In this document: in pieces, positions 37,468 through 48,365 of the stretch
Layout of the letters: each line of letters begins with the position of its first letter
How positions within the stretch are numbered: position 1 is the stretch's first letter
Source: an uncultured Christensenellaceae bacterium
GTDB taxonomy: Bacteria; Bacillota; Clostridia; Christensenellales; CAG-314
Reading direction: 5' to 3'
DNA length: 64,000 bases
NCBI GenBank assembly: GCA_910585195.1
Contig: CAJUCX010000009.1
Coordinates: forward strand, 43 to 64,042
The notes under the pieces: model-generated
Told to the model about the DNA's origin: nothing
The model's input: only the letters and a program-made list of their open reading frames with translations
The model's database searches: none
Program-made: the position numbers and the translations under genes

Positions 37468-38369
37468 CTGTCAAGCCTGCTAAATTTTTTGTCGTAAATT
37501 CCTACGACCTCGCCTATTTTTCTTTCATTTGACAAAATTACAAACCTGTCAAATATATCCAAGAAACTCGTTATAAAAGCGCTGTGCTTTATATCACATA
37601 TGTCTTGTCCATGTATCGTGCAAAAAAGTTTTACACCGCATTCGGAAACTTGTTTTAACTCTTCTAAGTCATTGCAGCATATTTCATCGCAAGCCAGTAC
37701 GTCGGGAGTCATGGTTCTTACGCCACACCTAAATGCAAATACCTTGTCCGCCATTGAAATTACGTCGCAAAAATTGCCCAAATTGTATTTTATTTTTCCT
37801 TCCGAACTGCCGGATATTTCATTGCGCTCATCGGCAATAAGTACGTTTGGCGGATTTTGCAAAAAAGACGTTTGATAAATTAAGTCGCGCAGAAACGTCG
37901 TTTTGCCTGCCCCCGGCTTGGACAATATCAACACGTTGGCGATAGGATTTGTTAAATGCGGTAACGCGTCTATACTGCAACCTTTGACTTCACGCGGTAT
38001 TCTGATATTGAGTGAAGATATTTCTTTGATAGATACGGAAATACCGTTTTCTATTACAAAAGTTCCGCACAACCCTATTCTGACGCCGTCAAACGCCGCC
38101 AAAAACCCTTTTGACAGTTGTTCGGCAAAACTATGCAAAGAATGCTGACACGCCGTCATAACGAAATTTTCCATATCTTTGTAAGAAACGCTTATCGCAT
38201 TTTTTACGTCGGCAGTTATTCCGTTTGCCGATAAAAAGTATTTTTTACCGTAATACAAAACCGTCGTCGGTCTGTTGGTACGCAGTCGAATTTCCTGCAA
38301 ATTTAATGAATTAAGACTGTCTATGGCTTGCGAAATTTCAACCGGCAAAGCGGCTTTCAAACTTTGCAT
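37464..38369 (-). CDS. spoIIIAA: Stage III sporulation protein AA (secretion-type ATPase)
   Basis: 301 aa. Walker A SKPGAGKTTFLRDL, Walker B-like LIADE. First gene of the operon. Confidence 0.9.
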   Translation of the reverse strand: MQSLKAALPVEISQAIDSLNSLNLQEIRLRTNRPTTVLYYGKKYFLSANGITADVKNAISVSYKDMENFVMTACQHSLHSFAEQLSKGFLAAFDGVRIGLCGTFVIENGISVSIKEISSLNIRIPREVKGCSIDALPHLTNPIANVLILSKPGAGKTTFLRDLIYQTSFLQNPPNVLIADERNEISGSSEGKIKYNLGNFCDVISMADKVFAFRCGVRTMTPDVLACDEICCNDLEELKQVSECGVKLFCTIHGQDICDIKHSAFITSFLDIFDRFVILSNERKIGEVVGIYDKKFSRLDR

Positions 38370-38399
38370 ACAGCATTATATTTTTGACACATAAAAAAT

Positions 38400-38450
38400 A
38401 TGCTCTTTAAGAAAAAGAGCATAAAAAAGGCAAGTAGATTTACTTGCCTT
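38400..38450 (-). terminator. Tandem rho-independent terminators after efp
   Basis: Minus-strand AAGGCAAGUAAAUCUACUUGCCUU + UUUUU, then AUGCUCUUUUUCUUAAAGAGCAU + AUUUUUUAU. Confidence 0.75.
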
Positions 38451-38475
38451 AAAGTTTATAGAATTTACAAAAATA

Positions 38476-39036
38476 TTATTTTGCTCTTTCCATATATTCA
38501 CCGGTTCTCGTGTCAATACGTACAAAATCGCCTTCGTTTATAAACATAGGAACGAGTATTTCATATCCAGTTTCAAGCGTAGCAGGTTTTGTTGCATTTG
38601 TTGCAGTGTTGCCTGCAACGGCAGGCTCGCAAGAAGTAACTTGCAAAACTACGAAATTTTCCGGTTCTACCGAGAACGCTTCGCCCTTATAGAACTTAAC
38701 GAATACCTTCATATTTTCTTTTACAAAAGACAATGCTTCTTCAACTTGAGAATAGTTAAGCGGCAACTGTTCGTAAGTTTCGGTATCCATAAAGTAATAA
38801 AGTTCGCCGTCGGAATAAAGATATTCCATCTCTTTACTTTCAATATGAGCCCTTTCGTACTTATCGGACGGGTTGAAAGTTTTTTCAAGCACTGCGCCTG
38901 TAACTACGTTTTTAATCTTCGTTCTTACAAAAGCCGCGCCTTTGCCCGGTTTTACGTGTTGAAAATCAACAACAACATAAACGTTGCCGTCCATTTCGAA
39001 AGTTATGCCTTTTCTGAAATCTCCTGCTACTATCAT
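38476..39036 (-). CDS. efp: Translation elongation factor P
   Basis: 186 aa. [37 protein letters not shown] is a classic EF-P N-terminus. Confidence 0.96.
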   Translation of the reverse strand: MIVAGDFRKGITFEMDGNVYVVVDFQHVKPGKGAAFVRTKIKNVVTGAVLEKTFNPSDKYERAHIESKEMEYLYSDGELYYFMDTETYEQLPLNYSQVEEALSFVKENMKVFVKFYKGEAFSVEPENFVVLQVTSCEPAVAGNTATNATKPATLETGYEILVPMFINEGDFVRIDTRTGEYMERAK

Positions 39037-39054
39037 AAAAATTCCTCCAGAGTT

Positions 39055-40107
39055 TTACTGAATTATTATAATGTTTTTATTTGACGTTGTCAAATTTTTA
39101 ATATCATCTTGTTGTATCAATATTAAATCTTCTATTCTTACTCCGCCTAACCCCGTAAAATACAGTCCCGGTTCCACGGTAACGAACATCCCTTGTTCTA
39201 AAATTGTATTGTCAAATTTATTGAGCGACGGAATTTCATGAATGTCTATCCCGACGCCGTGCCCCAAACCGTGTGTGAAATATTCTTCTACGTTATGCTT
39301 TTTGAAAATTTCACGCGCAAAACCGTCGGCTTGTTTTGCTGTCATTCCGCATTTAATGCTTTTTAACGCATTCAACTGCGCTTCCAAAACGACATTATAT
39401 ACGTTTAGCATTTTCTCCGACAGATTGCCGTAAAACACGGTTCTTGTCATATCGGAGCAATAACCGTTGTAAGTACAGCCGAAATCCATAAGAATATTGT
39501 CGCCGTGTTTAAGCTTGCGTTCTGTAGGATGCGCGTGAGGTTTGCTTGTATTTTCTCCAAAAGAAACAATCGGGTCGAAAGCATTTTTTTCTCCGCCTAA
39601 CTCCAACAATAAATTTTGAAGTTTTACGCTGAGTTCTTTTTCGCTCATTCCTTCTTTAATAACGCTTAATACGGAAGAAAATGCTTTATCAGTTATTGCT
39701 TGCGCTTTTAATATGCACTTTGTTTCGTAAGCATTTTTATACTTTTTTACTTCTGCCAAATCTTTGCCTATGGATATGAAATTGACGTCAGGCAACATAT
39801 TTTTTAGCATTTCAAATTCCGAAACCGTCAATTCCGTATCTTCGAAACCTACGTTTTTGGCTTTTACTTCCGTCAAAATCTCTTGCAAAAGTTTTGGCAG
39901 TTCTCCACCTGAAACGGCTTTAAGTTCAAAGTCGTTTTTTATTTCCTGCGCCATTTCAAAGTAACGGAAATCTGTCAAAAATATTTTTCTGTCTTTTGTT
40001 AAAATAAGATAACCGAACGTAGAATCGAATTTTGTAAAATATCTTCTGTTTTTTTGAGACACAATCAACAGCATGTCAACCGTTTTATTTATATCGAAAA
40101 CAGTCAT
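39055..40107 (-). CDS. Xaa-Pro aminopeptidase/dipeptidase (peptidase M24B)
   Basis: 350 aa. Creatinase-like N-domain and pita-bread C-domain with the metal ligands (DFGCTYNGYCSDMTRT, HGLGHGVGIDIHE, VEPG, RIED). Confidence 0.9.
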   Translation of the reverse strand: MTVFDINKTVDMLLIVSQKNRRYFTKFDSTFGYLILTKDRKIFLTDFRYFEMAQEIKNDFELKAVSGGELPKLLQEILTEVKAKNVGFEDTELTVSEFEMLKNMLPDVNFISIGKDLAEVKKYKNAYETKCILKAQAITDKAFSSVLSVIKEGMSEKELSVKLQNLLLELGGEKNAFDPIVSFGENTSKPHAHPTERKLKHGDNILMDFGCTYNGYCSDMTRTVFYGNLSEKMLNVYNVVLEAQLNALKSIKCGMTAKQADGFAREIFKKHNVEEYFTHGLGHGVGIDIHEIPSLNKFDNTILEQGMFVTVEPGLYFTGLGGVRIEDLILIQQDDIKNLTTSNKNIIIIQ

Positions 40108-40967
40108 TAAATTTCCTCGTAAATGCGTTTCATTGTCAAAGCGTCTTCTGCCTGCGTGCCTGCAGACTCACATATGACCCTAGGCGTCATATTATATTTT
40201 TTTAATATCTTTGCAAGCGGCTCGAATTGCGGTCCGTAATTCAAATAATCGGTATCGAAAGTCAAATGTTTAACTTCGCCTCCCTTTGAATACTCTATTT
40301 TTGAAAAATGTATATGCATATTTTTCGTGCGTTCTTCTCCTATCGCATCAATAAAACACAAAATAATCTCTTCAAAGTCCGCTTCGGTTTTTAAGCCCCC
40401 GAGCGTACGTGCATTTTGGTGCCCGAAGTCAACGGTAGGCACATAAATTTTGTCTATTCTGCATATTTCCGCAATTTCGTGAAAATCGCCTATCTGATTT
40501 ATTTTCCCCATCGTTTCGGGACAAAAAATCAAATCGTCATTGCCGGTTTCATAAATTTTTTCCGTCAATTTTTTAATATTTTCATGAGTGCGTTTTAACG
40601 CGCTTTCTCTGTCGTTATTTTTCCCGACACTTGCGGAATGAAAAATTATTCTGTTGCCGCCCATAAGTCTAACCTTATGCGCGGTATTCAAAACGTAATT
40701 GAATGATTTTTCAATCATATCGTCGTCCGGATTGGCAAAATTTATATAATACGGTGCATGTCCCGATACGGCGATATTAAACTCTCTCATTTTTTTACTG
40801 ATGGCAATTGCTTTTTCATCGGACATATTGGTCCCTCTGCCGAATGAATATTCAAATGCAGTCAATCCTCTTTTATTAAGCCACTCGGCAACTTGCTCTG
40901 TGCTTTTGTTTCCTTCCGCATAAAAGCTTTCACTGTTGCCGCTGGGACCGAATTTTATTTTACACAT
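40107..40967 (-). CDS. TIM-barrel protein of the xylose isomerase-like / endonuclease IV (AP endonuclease 2) superfamily
   Basis: 286 aa. AVSGHAPYYINFANP, IIFHSASVG, CPETMGK, DFGHQNAR and HIHFSKIEY resemble Nfo-type metal-ligand blocks. The exact function is unclear. Confidence 0.6.
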   Translation of the reverse strand: MCKIKFGPSGNSESFYAEGNKSTEQVAEWLNKRGLTAFEYSFGRGTNMSDEKAIAISKKMREFNIAVSGHAPYYINFANPDDDMIEKSFNYVLNTAHKVRLMGGNRIIFHSASVGKNNDRESALKRTHENIKKLTEKIYETGNDDLIFCPETMGKINQIGDFHEIAEICRIDKIYVPTVDFGHQNARTLGGLKTEADFEEIILCFIDAIGEERTKNMHIHFSKIEYSKGGEVKHLTFDTDYLNYGPQFEPLAKILKKYNMTPRVICESAGTQAEDALTMKRIYEEI

Positions 40968-41857
40968 AATTCTGCAATCCTTATATCTTTGCTTATTTGC
41001 TGTTTCAGATCTTCTGCTGAGCCGAACTTTTTGATTTCTCTCAAATATTTACAAAAATAAACTGTAATTTCTTTGTTGTAAATGTTGCCGTCATATTTCA
41101 AAATATAAACTTCTATTTTATTCTCGTCGTCATCAAATGTAGGTCTGCCGCCGACGTTTATCACGCACGGATATAACGTATCTGAAATACTTACTTTTCC
41201 TGCATATACGCCCAGTTTAGGATACAGCTTGTCTTGCGGTATTTTTAAGTTTGCCGTCGGATAAACCTCTTTGCTGCCTATGCCAAAGCCGTGGCACACG
41301 GCGCCCGACATAAAATATTCGTGCCCTAAACATTGGTTTGCCTTTTCAATTTCTCCGTCGATTAAAAGTTCTTTAATTCTTGTTGCGCTTGCTTTTTTGC
41401 CGTCGTAATCAACTTTATCTACCATTGAAAAAACGATTTTATTTTCTTTGCAAAATTGACGCAAAGTTTCCGCAGTGCCAACGGAATTTTTTCCAAAAGT
41501 ATAATCGTATCCGCAAACAACGCCCACTACGTTTTTTTGCTTTAACAACTCTAAAAATCTATCTGCGCTTTGGCTCATAAAGTCTTTGTTAAATTCCGCA
41601 TACATTACGGCGTCCATACCAAAATTTTCAAATAAAGTCAGTCGTTCGGTAAACGTATTTATCAGTTTGTTTTTCTTTTTAATCAGCCCGCCCAAATTGT
41701 TGGAAAAGGTAAACACCGCACTTAAAACATTTAAGTCCGCGGCAATTTTTTTTGTTTCTTGCAACAATTTTTGATGACCGATATGCAGACAATCAAAATA
41801 GCCTAATGCCAATACCATTTTTTTGTCGTTTTTATTGCTGAAATTTGTCAAAAACAT
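40955..41857 (-). CDS. ribF: Bifunctional riboflavin kinase / FAD synthetase
   Basis: 300 aa. LGYFDCLHIGHQKLL nucleotidyltransferase motif; C-terminal riboflavin kinase (PTANL, GVYA, NVGGRPTF, EVYI). The true start may be the internal ATG at 41818. Confidence 0.92.
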   Translation of the reverse strand: MFLTNFSNKNDKKMVLALGYFDCLHIGHQKLLQETKKIAADLNVLSAVFTFSNNLGGLIKKKNKLINTFTERLTLFENFGMDAVMYAEFNKDFMSQSADRFLELLKQKNVVGVVCGYDYTFGKNSVGTAETLRQFCKENKIVFSMVDKVDYDGKKASATRIKELLIDGEIEKANQCLGHEYFMSGAVCHGFGIGSKEVYPTANLKIPQDKLYPKLGVYAGKVSISDTLYPCVINVGGRPTFDDDENKIEVYILKYDGNIYNKEITVYFCKYLREIKKFGSAEDLKQQISKDIRIAELCVK

Positions 41858-42702
41858 TATTTTAAGTAATACTCCAAATCAAGTAAACCGTTTTTACTTT
41901 TGCCTATACCGAATAATTCTCCGTTGCAATAAATTTTGCGATAATCTTTACACACAAACGGCACCTTGACGCCGTTGTCAAGTTTTCTGCAAAATTCAGC
42001 ATCAAACTCATATCGAGGTATATCGGATATTGCAAAATCAATCGGCAAAATCGCTTTTTCTTTTCGTAAGGAAATTTCATCAAGCGTCAACGCATCTTCT
42101 ATTGAAAACATTCCGCTTTCCGTCCTAATCAATGCCGGCATATAACCGACTGTAGACATTTTTTTTGCCATATCTCTTACAATCGAACGAATATACGTGC
42201 CCGATGAACATACTATGTCAAACATATATGTATTAAAATTGACTTTTTTTAATAATTCAAACTTGAATATTTCGATTTCTCTCGGTTCAAGCTGAACGTC
42301 ATTGCCGTTGCGCGCTAAAACATATGCCCGTGTACCTTTTACGCTTTTTGCGGAATATGCCGGCGGAATTTGCATTTGCTTACCCACCATTTGCTTGCAA
42401 ACATCTGCAACTTCATCAACGGTAACTACTTTGTCGTTTGTTTCTGTAATAATCCCGTCGCTGTCAAGTGTATCTGTAGTGATACCGAATCTAAAAAAAG
42501 CACGGTATGCCTTTTGCTTATTTAACAATAAATTAAATAATTTTGTTCCTTTGCCAACTGCAACAGGCAGTACGCCAACTGCCAACGGGTCAAGCGTACC
42601 CAAATGCCCTACTTTTTTTACATTAAGTATTTTACGCACTTTAACGACTACGTCGCTTGCAGTAAGACCTGACGGTTTTATAACGTTCAAAAATCCGTTC
42701 AT
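41857..42702 (-). CDS. truB: tRNA pseudouridine(55) synthase
   Basis: 281 aa. GFLNVIKPSGLTASDVV, catalytic GHLGTLDPLAVGVLPV. Confidence 0.94.
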   Translation of the reverse strand: MNGFLNVIKPSGLTASDVVVKVRKILNVKKVGHLGTLDPLAVGVLPVAVGKGTKLFNLLLNKQKAYRAFFRFGITTDTLDSDGIITETNDKVVTVDEVADVCKQMVGKQMQIPPAYSAKSVKGTRAYVLARNGNDVQLEPREIEIFKFELLKKVNFNTYMFDIVCSSGTYIRSIVRDMAKKMSTVGYMPALIRTESGMFSIEDALTLDEISLRKEKAILPIDFAISDIPRYEFDAEFCRKLDNGVKVPFVCKDYRKIYCNGELFGIGKSKNGLLDLEYYLK

Positions 42703-43646
42703 AATTCAAACGATACCGTTCTTACAATTTTTTCAATTACTTCTTCAAGCAATCCGCAAACCATACAGCCGGATGCATTTTTATGTCCGCCGCCGCCGAA
42801 CTCAGCGCAAATTTTGCTGACGTCAATTTTGCCGCGACTGCGCATACTTACTTTATAACTGTTTTCGTTATGTTGGCAAATTGCTATACCAACTTCAGTG
42901 CCGATTATATTTGTGGCATAATCGATAAACCCCTCCGTATCGGATTGCTTTGCACAAACTTCTTCCATATCGGAAAGTAACGTATAAAGTAAAGAAACTT
43001 TACCGTCGCAGTACTTTCTAATACGAGAAATTACCTTACCCAAAAGTTTGGTTCTTTCGTAAGAAGTATTTCTATACAAAATAAAGTTCAAATCTGCAAC
43101 GTTTATATTAAACTTAATCAATTCCTCGGCGCATTTGAAGACGTGTTCGTTGGTATTCGAATGCGCAAAATTGCCGGTATCTGTGGATAAACCCACGTAC
43201 AAACACTTTGCAATGTCGTCATTAAACTGCACGTTCATAAATTTCAACAATTCAAAAATAATTTCACAGGTACTTGCAAAATTTTCCACACAATTTATTG
43301 ATGCAAAATTGTCATTTGACAAATGATGATGGTCGATATTTACCGTATTTTTGTTTTGAAAAAATATAGTATTTTCTCCTAGTCTTGCAAGCTCTCCGCA
43401 ATCTATTGCGATATACAAATCATATTTTTGCTGCGGTTTTGCCTTATATGTTTCCGATTGAGGAAGTACCGCAAACTTTTCGCCTATCGCCGTATCGCAA
43501 AAACAGTCGCAGGTCTTGCCTAATGATTGCAAACCTATTTTTAACGCCAAAACGCCCCCAATGGTATCACCGTCGGGGCGCGTGTGAGAAAATATCGCGA
43601 TTGATTTTGAATTATTTATTTTGTCTGAAATTCTGTCAAAAATCAT
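42699..43646 (-). CDS. nrnA: DHH/DHHA1 phosphoesterase (NrnA-type oligoribonuclease / pAp phosphatase)
   Basis: 315 aa. HTRPDGD, DCG, DHH (NIDHHHLS) and GGGH motifs. rbfA-nrnA-truB synteny. Confidence 0.88.
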   Translation of the reverse strand: MIFDRISDKINNSKSIAIFSHTRPDGDTIGGVLALKIGLQSLGKTCDCFCDTAIGEKFAVLPQSETYKAKPQQKYDLYIAIDCGELARLGENTIFFQNKNTVNIDHHHLSNDNFASINCVENFASTCEIIFELLKFMNVQFNDDIAKCLYVGLSTDTGNFAHSNTNEHVFKCAEELIKFNINVADLNFILYRNTSYERTKLLGKVISRIRKYCDGKVSLLYTLLSDMEEVCAKQSDTEGFIDYATNIIGTEVGIAICQHNENSYKVSMRSRGKIDVSKICAEFGGGGHKNASGCMVCGLLEEVIEKIVRTVSFEL

Positions 43647-43993
43647 TTTTTATTTATCTCGCTTAATATATCGTTTATTCTTTGGCTGTACTGCATTGAC
43701 GTATCTAAAATAAACTCAAATTTAGGCACTGTGCGTATATGCATTGTTTTTGACAAAGTTTGTCTTATAAAACCGCTTGCATCGCATATTGCCCGAAAAG
43801 TCAAATCCGACTTTTCTTTATCGGTAGAAAAAATACTGACGAGCACTTTTGCGGTCTGTAATTCTTTATCCGTATCAACCTGTAAAATCGTAAACATTTC
43901 CGTCAATCTTACGTCTTTGACTTTTTTTGTCAAAATTTCATAAATGCTTTTTTGAAATTCAGAATTAAGTTTTTCCGTTCTGGTACCCGCCAT
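43643..43993 (-). CDS. rbfA: Ribosome-binding factor A
   Basis: 116 aa. RTEKLNSEFQKSIYEIL ... VPKFEFILD. Directly downstream of infB. Confidence 0.93.
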   Translation of the reverse strand: MAGTRTEKLNSEFQKSIYEILTKKVKDVRLTEMFTILQVDTDKELQTAKVLVSIFSTDKEKSDLTFRAICDASGFIRQTLSKTMHIRTVPKFEFILDTSMQYSQRINDILSEINKK

Positions 43994-44003
43994 ATTTACT
44001 CCG

Positions 44004-46616
44004 TTATTCTTTTACTTCTTCGACAAGATATGCTTCAAATACGTCTCCGACCTTAATATCGTTGTAATTTTGGATTGAGACGCCGCATTCAAAACCTTGC
44101 GCAACTTCTTTAACGTCATCCTTAAAACGCTTCAAAGCCAAAATTTCGCCGTCATAAACGATTACATTGTCTCTGTACACTCTTACTTTGCAATTTCTAT
44201 TGATTTTGCCGCTGGTTACGTATGCGCCAGCAACGGAACCGACGCCGGTAATTCTAAACACTTCGCGTACTTCAACCTGACCTAATATAGTATCTCTGTA
44301 TTTAGGCGCAAGCATACCTTTCATTGCGCTTGTAATATCGTCCACCATATCGTAAATGATATTGTAAAGTCTTATGTCAACCTGCTCTCTCTCTGCTGCA
44401 GTTCTTGCCTGAGCGTCTGCCCTGACGTTAAAGCCTATTACGATAGCGCCGGAAGCTTTTGCAAGCATTATGTCGGTTTCGTTTATCGCGCCTACGCCAC
44501 CGTGAATAGGATTGACTTTTACTTCTTCATTCGAAATCTTTTCAACAGTACCTTTCAATGCTTCCAACGAGCCTTGAACGTCTGCCTTGATAATAAGATT
44601 GAGAGTCTTTAACTGACCTTCGCTGATTTTGCCAAATATATCGTCCAATGATACTTTTGAAGATGCATTAAGCTTGTCAAGACGCTCTTTATTCTTTCTT
44701 TCGTCTGCAACTTGTTTTGCAAGTTTTTCGTCAACGGCATTCATCATATCGCCTGCATTAGGCACATCTGAAAAGCCCAAGACTTCAACAGGCATTGACG
44801 GACCTGCCGTTTTGACGCTCTTGTTTTTGTCGTTAAACATAGCGCGGATTTTGCCGACCGCTGTACCGGCAACGACGTTGTCGCCAACGTGTAAAGTACC
44901 GTTTTGCACAAGTACCGTTGCAACGGGTCCGCGGCCTTTGTCAAGTTTTGCTTCTATTATTGTGCCCCTTGCACGTTTTGACGAGTTTGCTTTAAGTTCT
45001 TTAATTTCAGACACAAGCAACACCGCTTCGAGAAGTTTATCAAGACCCTCTCCCGTTTTAGCAGAAACAGGAACAAAAATAGAATCTCCGCCCCATTCTT
45101 CCGGCAAAATGCCGTGTTCGGTAAGTTGCTGTTTTACTCTGTCTTGATTTGCTTCAGGCTTATCTATCTTGTTGACTGCAACAACGATAGGCACTTCCGC
45201 CGCTTTTGCATGGTTTAACGCTTCTATGGTTTGCGGCATAACTCCGTCGTCTGCAGCAACAACCAATATTGCCACGTCGGTAACTTGGGCACCCCTTGCA
45301 CGCATTGCAGTAAACGCCGCGTGTCCCGGTGTGTCGATAAACGTAATAGGCTCGCCCTTTGCCTCTACGGTGTAAGCACCGATATGCTGCGTAATCCCTC
45401 CGGCTTCTCCCGCCGTTACGCTGGTTTTTCTTATAGCGTCAAGTAAGGAAGTTTTACCGTGGTCAACGTGTCCGAGAACGGTAACTATAGGGGGACGCTT
45501 TTCGTTATCTGCGATATTTCCGTCGTCATCCTCAAAAGAACTCATCATTACTTCTTCAAACGATTTGCTGAGTTCCAAAGTCAACTCCACACCGAAATTT
45601 GATGCAATGATTGCGGCATAATCGAAATCAACGGCATCGTTGATGGTTTTTATTATGCCTTCTTTGAAAAGCTGCTTAATAATTTCCGCAGCAGGTACGC
45701 CGATTTTTTCGCTCAAAACTTTAATTTGTACGTCTTGAGTGTTTACCACCGCTTTTTCTATTTTTACGGTTTCCTTTTTAACTTCCTGCTTTTTACTCTT
45801 TAATTTTCTGGTAACAAACTCATTGTCAAATTCGCTGATATTGTCTTGTGCAATATAGCCTTTTTTGAGCAATGCCTTTGTCGACATTTGTTTTTTAGAC
45901 TCTGATTTTTCAGGCGTTTTGTTTTTGTTTCCGAAATTTTTGCCTTGCTGTTCTTTTTGAATAACAGGCATATCACCGAAAGTTTTCGGTTTCGATTGTC
46001 TTTGCGCGGAAGGTCTTGCTGCTGCGTTATCTCCGTCCTTTTGTGCAAAGTTTTTATTGCGGTCAAACTGCTGACGCGGTTTGTTAGGGTCAAAAGGTTT
46101 ACGCTGTCCTTGCCCCTGCTGTCTGTTTTGATTGCCGTAAGCCCCGCCGCGTTGTTGCGTTTGAGTGGACGGCTTAGGCGGAAATCTGTCCGTAATAAAC
46201 TTTCTTACAATTTTGTTGCCCTTTTCGTCAATGAAAACTTTTTGGTCTTTTTGCGGTTGCGCAATCAACGGCTCTACGCGCGTGATTTCAATATTGACGG
46301 AACTTTTCGGTTTTTCGGACTCGCTTTTTTGTTTAGGTTCTTCACTTTCAACTACCGGTTTTACCGTCGTTTCTGTCTTTTCAACCTTTATTTCATTACC
46401 GGTTTTGTCTTCCTTTTTTTCCGCCGCTTTTAATTGCTCCGCAAATAATTTTTGTTTTTGCTCAACAGCCTGATTTATGTTATAAATCTTCTTTTTAACG
46501 CCTCTTACGTCCAAAAGCAGAGCGCTTGCTTCTTTGATAGTAGACGCTCTCATTGCTTTTAACGCATCAAAACTTTGGCTTGTTTGAGTGTTTTGTGTAA
46601 CGTTTTTAGTTGTCAA
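44004..46616 (-). CDS. infB: Translation initiation factor IF-2
   Basis: G-domain [21 protein letters not shown]. Lys/Gln-rich low-complexity N-terminal region. The likely start is TTG 46616, 7 nt after GGAGG, overlapping the ylxQ stop as TTGA. The track ORF starts at GTG 46634. Confidence 0.95.
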   Translation of the reverse strand: MTTKNVTQNTQTSQSFDALKAMRASTIKEASALLLDVRGVKKKIYNINQAVEQKQKLFAEQLKAAEKKEDKTGNEIKVEKTETTVKPVVESEEPKQKSESEKPKSSVNIEITRVEPLIAQPQKDQKVFIDEKGNKIVRKFITDRFPPKPSTQTQQRGGAYGNQNRQQGQGQRKPFDPNKPRQQFDRNKNFAQKDGDNAAARPSAQRQSKPKTFGDMPVIQKEQQGKNFGNKNKTPEKSESKKQMSTKALLKKGYIAQDNISEFDNEFVTRKLKSKKQEVKKETVKIEKAVVNTQDVQIKVLSEKIGVPAAEIIKQLFKEGIIKTINDAVDFDYAAIIASNFGVELTLELSKSFEEVMMSSFEDDDGNIADNEKRPPIVTVLGHVDHGKTSLLDAIRKTSVTAGEAGGITQHIGAYTVEAKGEPITFIDTPGHAAFTAMRARGAQVTDVAILVVAADDGVMPQTIEALNHAKAAEVPIVVAVNKIDKPEANQDRVKQQLTEHGILPEEWGGDSIFVPVSAKTGEGLDKLLEAVLLVSEIKELKANSSKRARGTIIEAKLDKGRGPVATVLVQNGTLHVGDNVVAGTAVGKIRAMFNDKNKSVKTAGPSMPVEVLGFSDVPNAGDMMNAVDEKLAKQVADERKNKERLDKLNASSKVSLDDIFGKISEGQLKTLNLIIKADVQGSLEALKGTVEKISNEEVKVNPIHGGVGAINETDIMLAKASGAIVIGFNVRADAQARTAAEREQVDIRLYNIIYDMVDDITSAMKGMLAPKYRDTILGQVEVREVFRITGVGSVAGAYVTSGKINRNCKVRVYRDNVIVYDGEILALKRFKDDVKEVAQGFECGVSIQNYNDIKVGDVFEAYLVEEVKE

Positions 46617-46936
46617 TTGACTACCTCCACACACTTGAAATCTTTGTCTGAATTTTGTAAAATGGCTTTGACTAAATTTTCATCAGTCAGTGCGATTATT
46701 TTTACTCCCTTTTTAGAAACTAATTCTTCAACGGGAATAGCAGATTCTATCAGTTGAATTTCTTTTTTTGCACAATAATGCTTAATTTCTTTTTTTGATT
46801 TTTCGCTCGCAGTTTTGCACAATAATACTAGCCCGGGTTTTTTCTTTGATACCAAAATATTATCTAAACCAAAAATAGCAGCACCTTTATTTATGGCAAA
46901 TCCTACATAACTTTTTATTTTAGAGTTCATCGGCAA
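46613..46936 (-). CDS. ylxQ: L7Ae-family RNA-binding protein YlxQ
   Basis: 107 aa. Position between ylxR and infB. GFAINKGAAIFG...LVLLCKTASEKSKK is typical of the L7Ae/YlxQ fold. Confidence 0.8.
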   Translation of the reverse strand: MPMNSKIKSYVGFAINKGAAIFGLDNILVSKKKPGLVLLCKTASEKSKKEIKHYCAKKEIQLIESAIPVEELVSKKGVKIIALTDENLVKAILQNSDKDFKCVEVVN

Positions 46937-47186
46937 TATCTTTTAACGCTTTATACGTAACGTCGCTTACTTGACACTCAAATTGTCTGTTAAGCATTTT
47001 TTGTTTTAAGCATTTTTCTATGCATACTTTACATTTGCAAAGATAGGCACCGCGTCCGTTTGCCTTAAACGTATCGTCGACAAATATATCACCCTGCGGA
47101 TTTTTTACAATACGCAGCAGTTCTTTTTTCGGTTTCATTTCGCGACAACTTAAACACATTCGCAACGGTATTTTTTTTGTCGTCAT
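46920..47186 (-). CDS. ylxR: YlxR family RNA-binding protein (DUF448)
   Basis: 88 aa. PLRMCLSCREMKPKKELLRIV ... GRGAYLC is the DUF448 signature. Downstream of nusA. Confidence 0.9.
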   Translation of the reverse strand: MTTKKIPLRMCLSCREMKPKKELLRIVKNPQGDIFVDDTFKANGRGAYLCKCKVCIEKCLKQKMLNRQFECQVSDVTYKALKDIADEL

Positions 47187-47200
47187 TTTTTTACCCCTTA

Positions 47201-48349
47201 TTATTCGGAAATAATATCGTTCATTTCCGCAAGAAGGTCTTCCGCCGAAGATGCAATGTCATCTTCTGCAACTTCGCTTTCACCTTCAATTAACCCGAGT
47301 TTTACCGCATTTGAATATGATTTGACGTCAATCTTCCAATTTGTAAGGCGAGCGGCAAGCCTAGCATTTTGCCCCTCTCTGCCGATTGCCAAAGACAATT
47401 TATCATCAGGAACAATTACTTTTGCTTCTTTCGATTCTTCGCTGCCTTGAACCATATATACTTTTGCAGGGCTGAGCGCGCTTGCAATAAAGTCAAGACT
47501 GTCTTCGCTCCACGGTATAACGTCGATTTTTTCGCCGTTAAGTTCGTTGTTGCTGATGGCGTTTATTCTTACGCCCTTCGCACCGACACAAGCGCCGACT
47601 GCGTCTACATCGGGGTCGGTTGAATAAACGGCTATTTTAGTTCTGTAACCTGCTTCACGCGCAATCGATTTTATAACGACTATGCCTGCACGAATTTCAG
47701 GCACTTCGCTTTCAAACAATCTTTTTACAAAACCGGTGCAAGTACGAGACAGAACAACTTGTACGCCCTTCGTACCGTCTTTAACGCGTTTGAGATACAC
47801 CTTAATTTTATCGCCGAATTTGAACTTTTCACCGGGGATTTGGTCTGCCGGCATCAATACGCCTTCCATTTGATTTTTACCGATTTCAACGTAAACAGTG
47901 CCGTCATCCTTGACTCTGCTGACTACTCCGATAAGCATTTCGTTTTCTTTTTCGGAATATTGGTCGTATATCTGATTTTTTTCAATTTCTTTCAAAGTCT
48001 GCATTATGACTTGTTTTGCCGTTTGCGCGGCAATTCTGCTGAATTCTTTAGGTGCGATTTCTTTTGCAACTTTGTCGCCTAATTCATAAGACTTTTTGAT
48101 TTCTCTTGCTTCTTCCAAAGAAATTTCTTTGTCAGGGTCTTCCACTGTTTCTACAATGTTTTTATATGAATAAACTTTTATAGTTGCTTTTTCGGGATTG
48201 AGTTTTACTTCTACGTTGGTTGCTTCTCCAAAATGTTTTTTGCACGCAAAAGTCAGTGCATTTTCAAGCGCCTGAATAAATACTTCTTTTGAAATGCCCT
48301 TCTCTCTTTCCAAATCGTCAAGAGCCAAAAAGAAATCTTTGCTAATCAT
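47201..48349 (-). CDS. nusA: Transcription termination/antitermination factor NusA
   Basis: 382 aa. N-terminal domain, S1 domain, two KH domains (AVGACVGAKGVRI, LAIGREGQNARLAARLT), acidic tail. Confidence 0.96.
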   Translation of the reverse strand: MISKDFFLALDDLEREKGISKEVFIQALENALTFACKKHFGEATNVEVKLNPEKATIKVYSYKNIVETVEDPDKEISLEEAREIKKSYELGDKVAKEIAPKEFSRIAAQTAKQVIMQTLKEIEKNQIYDQYSEKENEMLIGVVSRVKDDGTVYVEIGKNQMEGVLMPADQIPGEKFKFGDKIKVYLKRVKDGTKGVQVVLSRTCTGFVKRLFESEVPEIRAGIVVIKSIAREAGYRTKIAVYSTDPDVDAVGACVGAKGVRINAISNNELNGEKIDVIPWSEDSLDFIASALSPAKVYMVQGSEESKEAKVIVPDDKLSLAIGREGQNARLAARLTNWKIDVKSYSNAVKLGLIEGESEVAEDDIASSAEDLLAEMNDIISE

Positions 48350-48365
48350 AAATTTTCCTCCGAAA

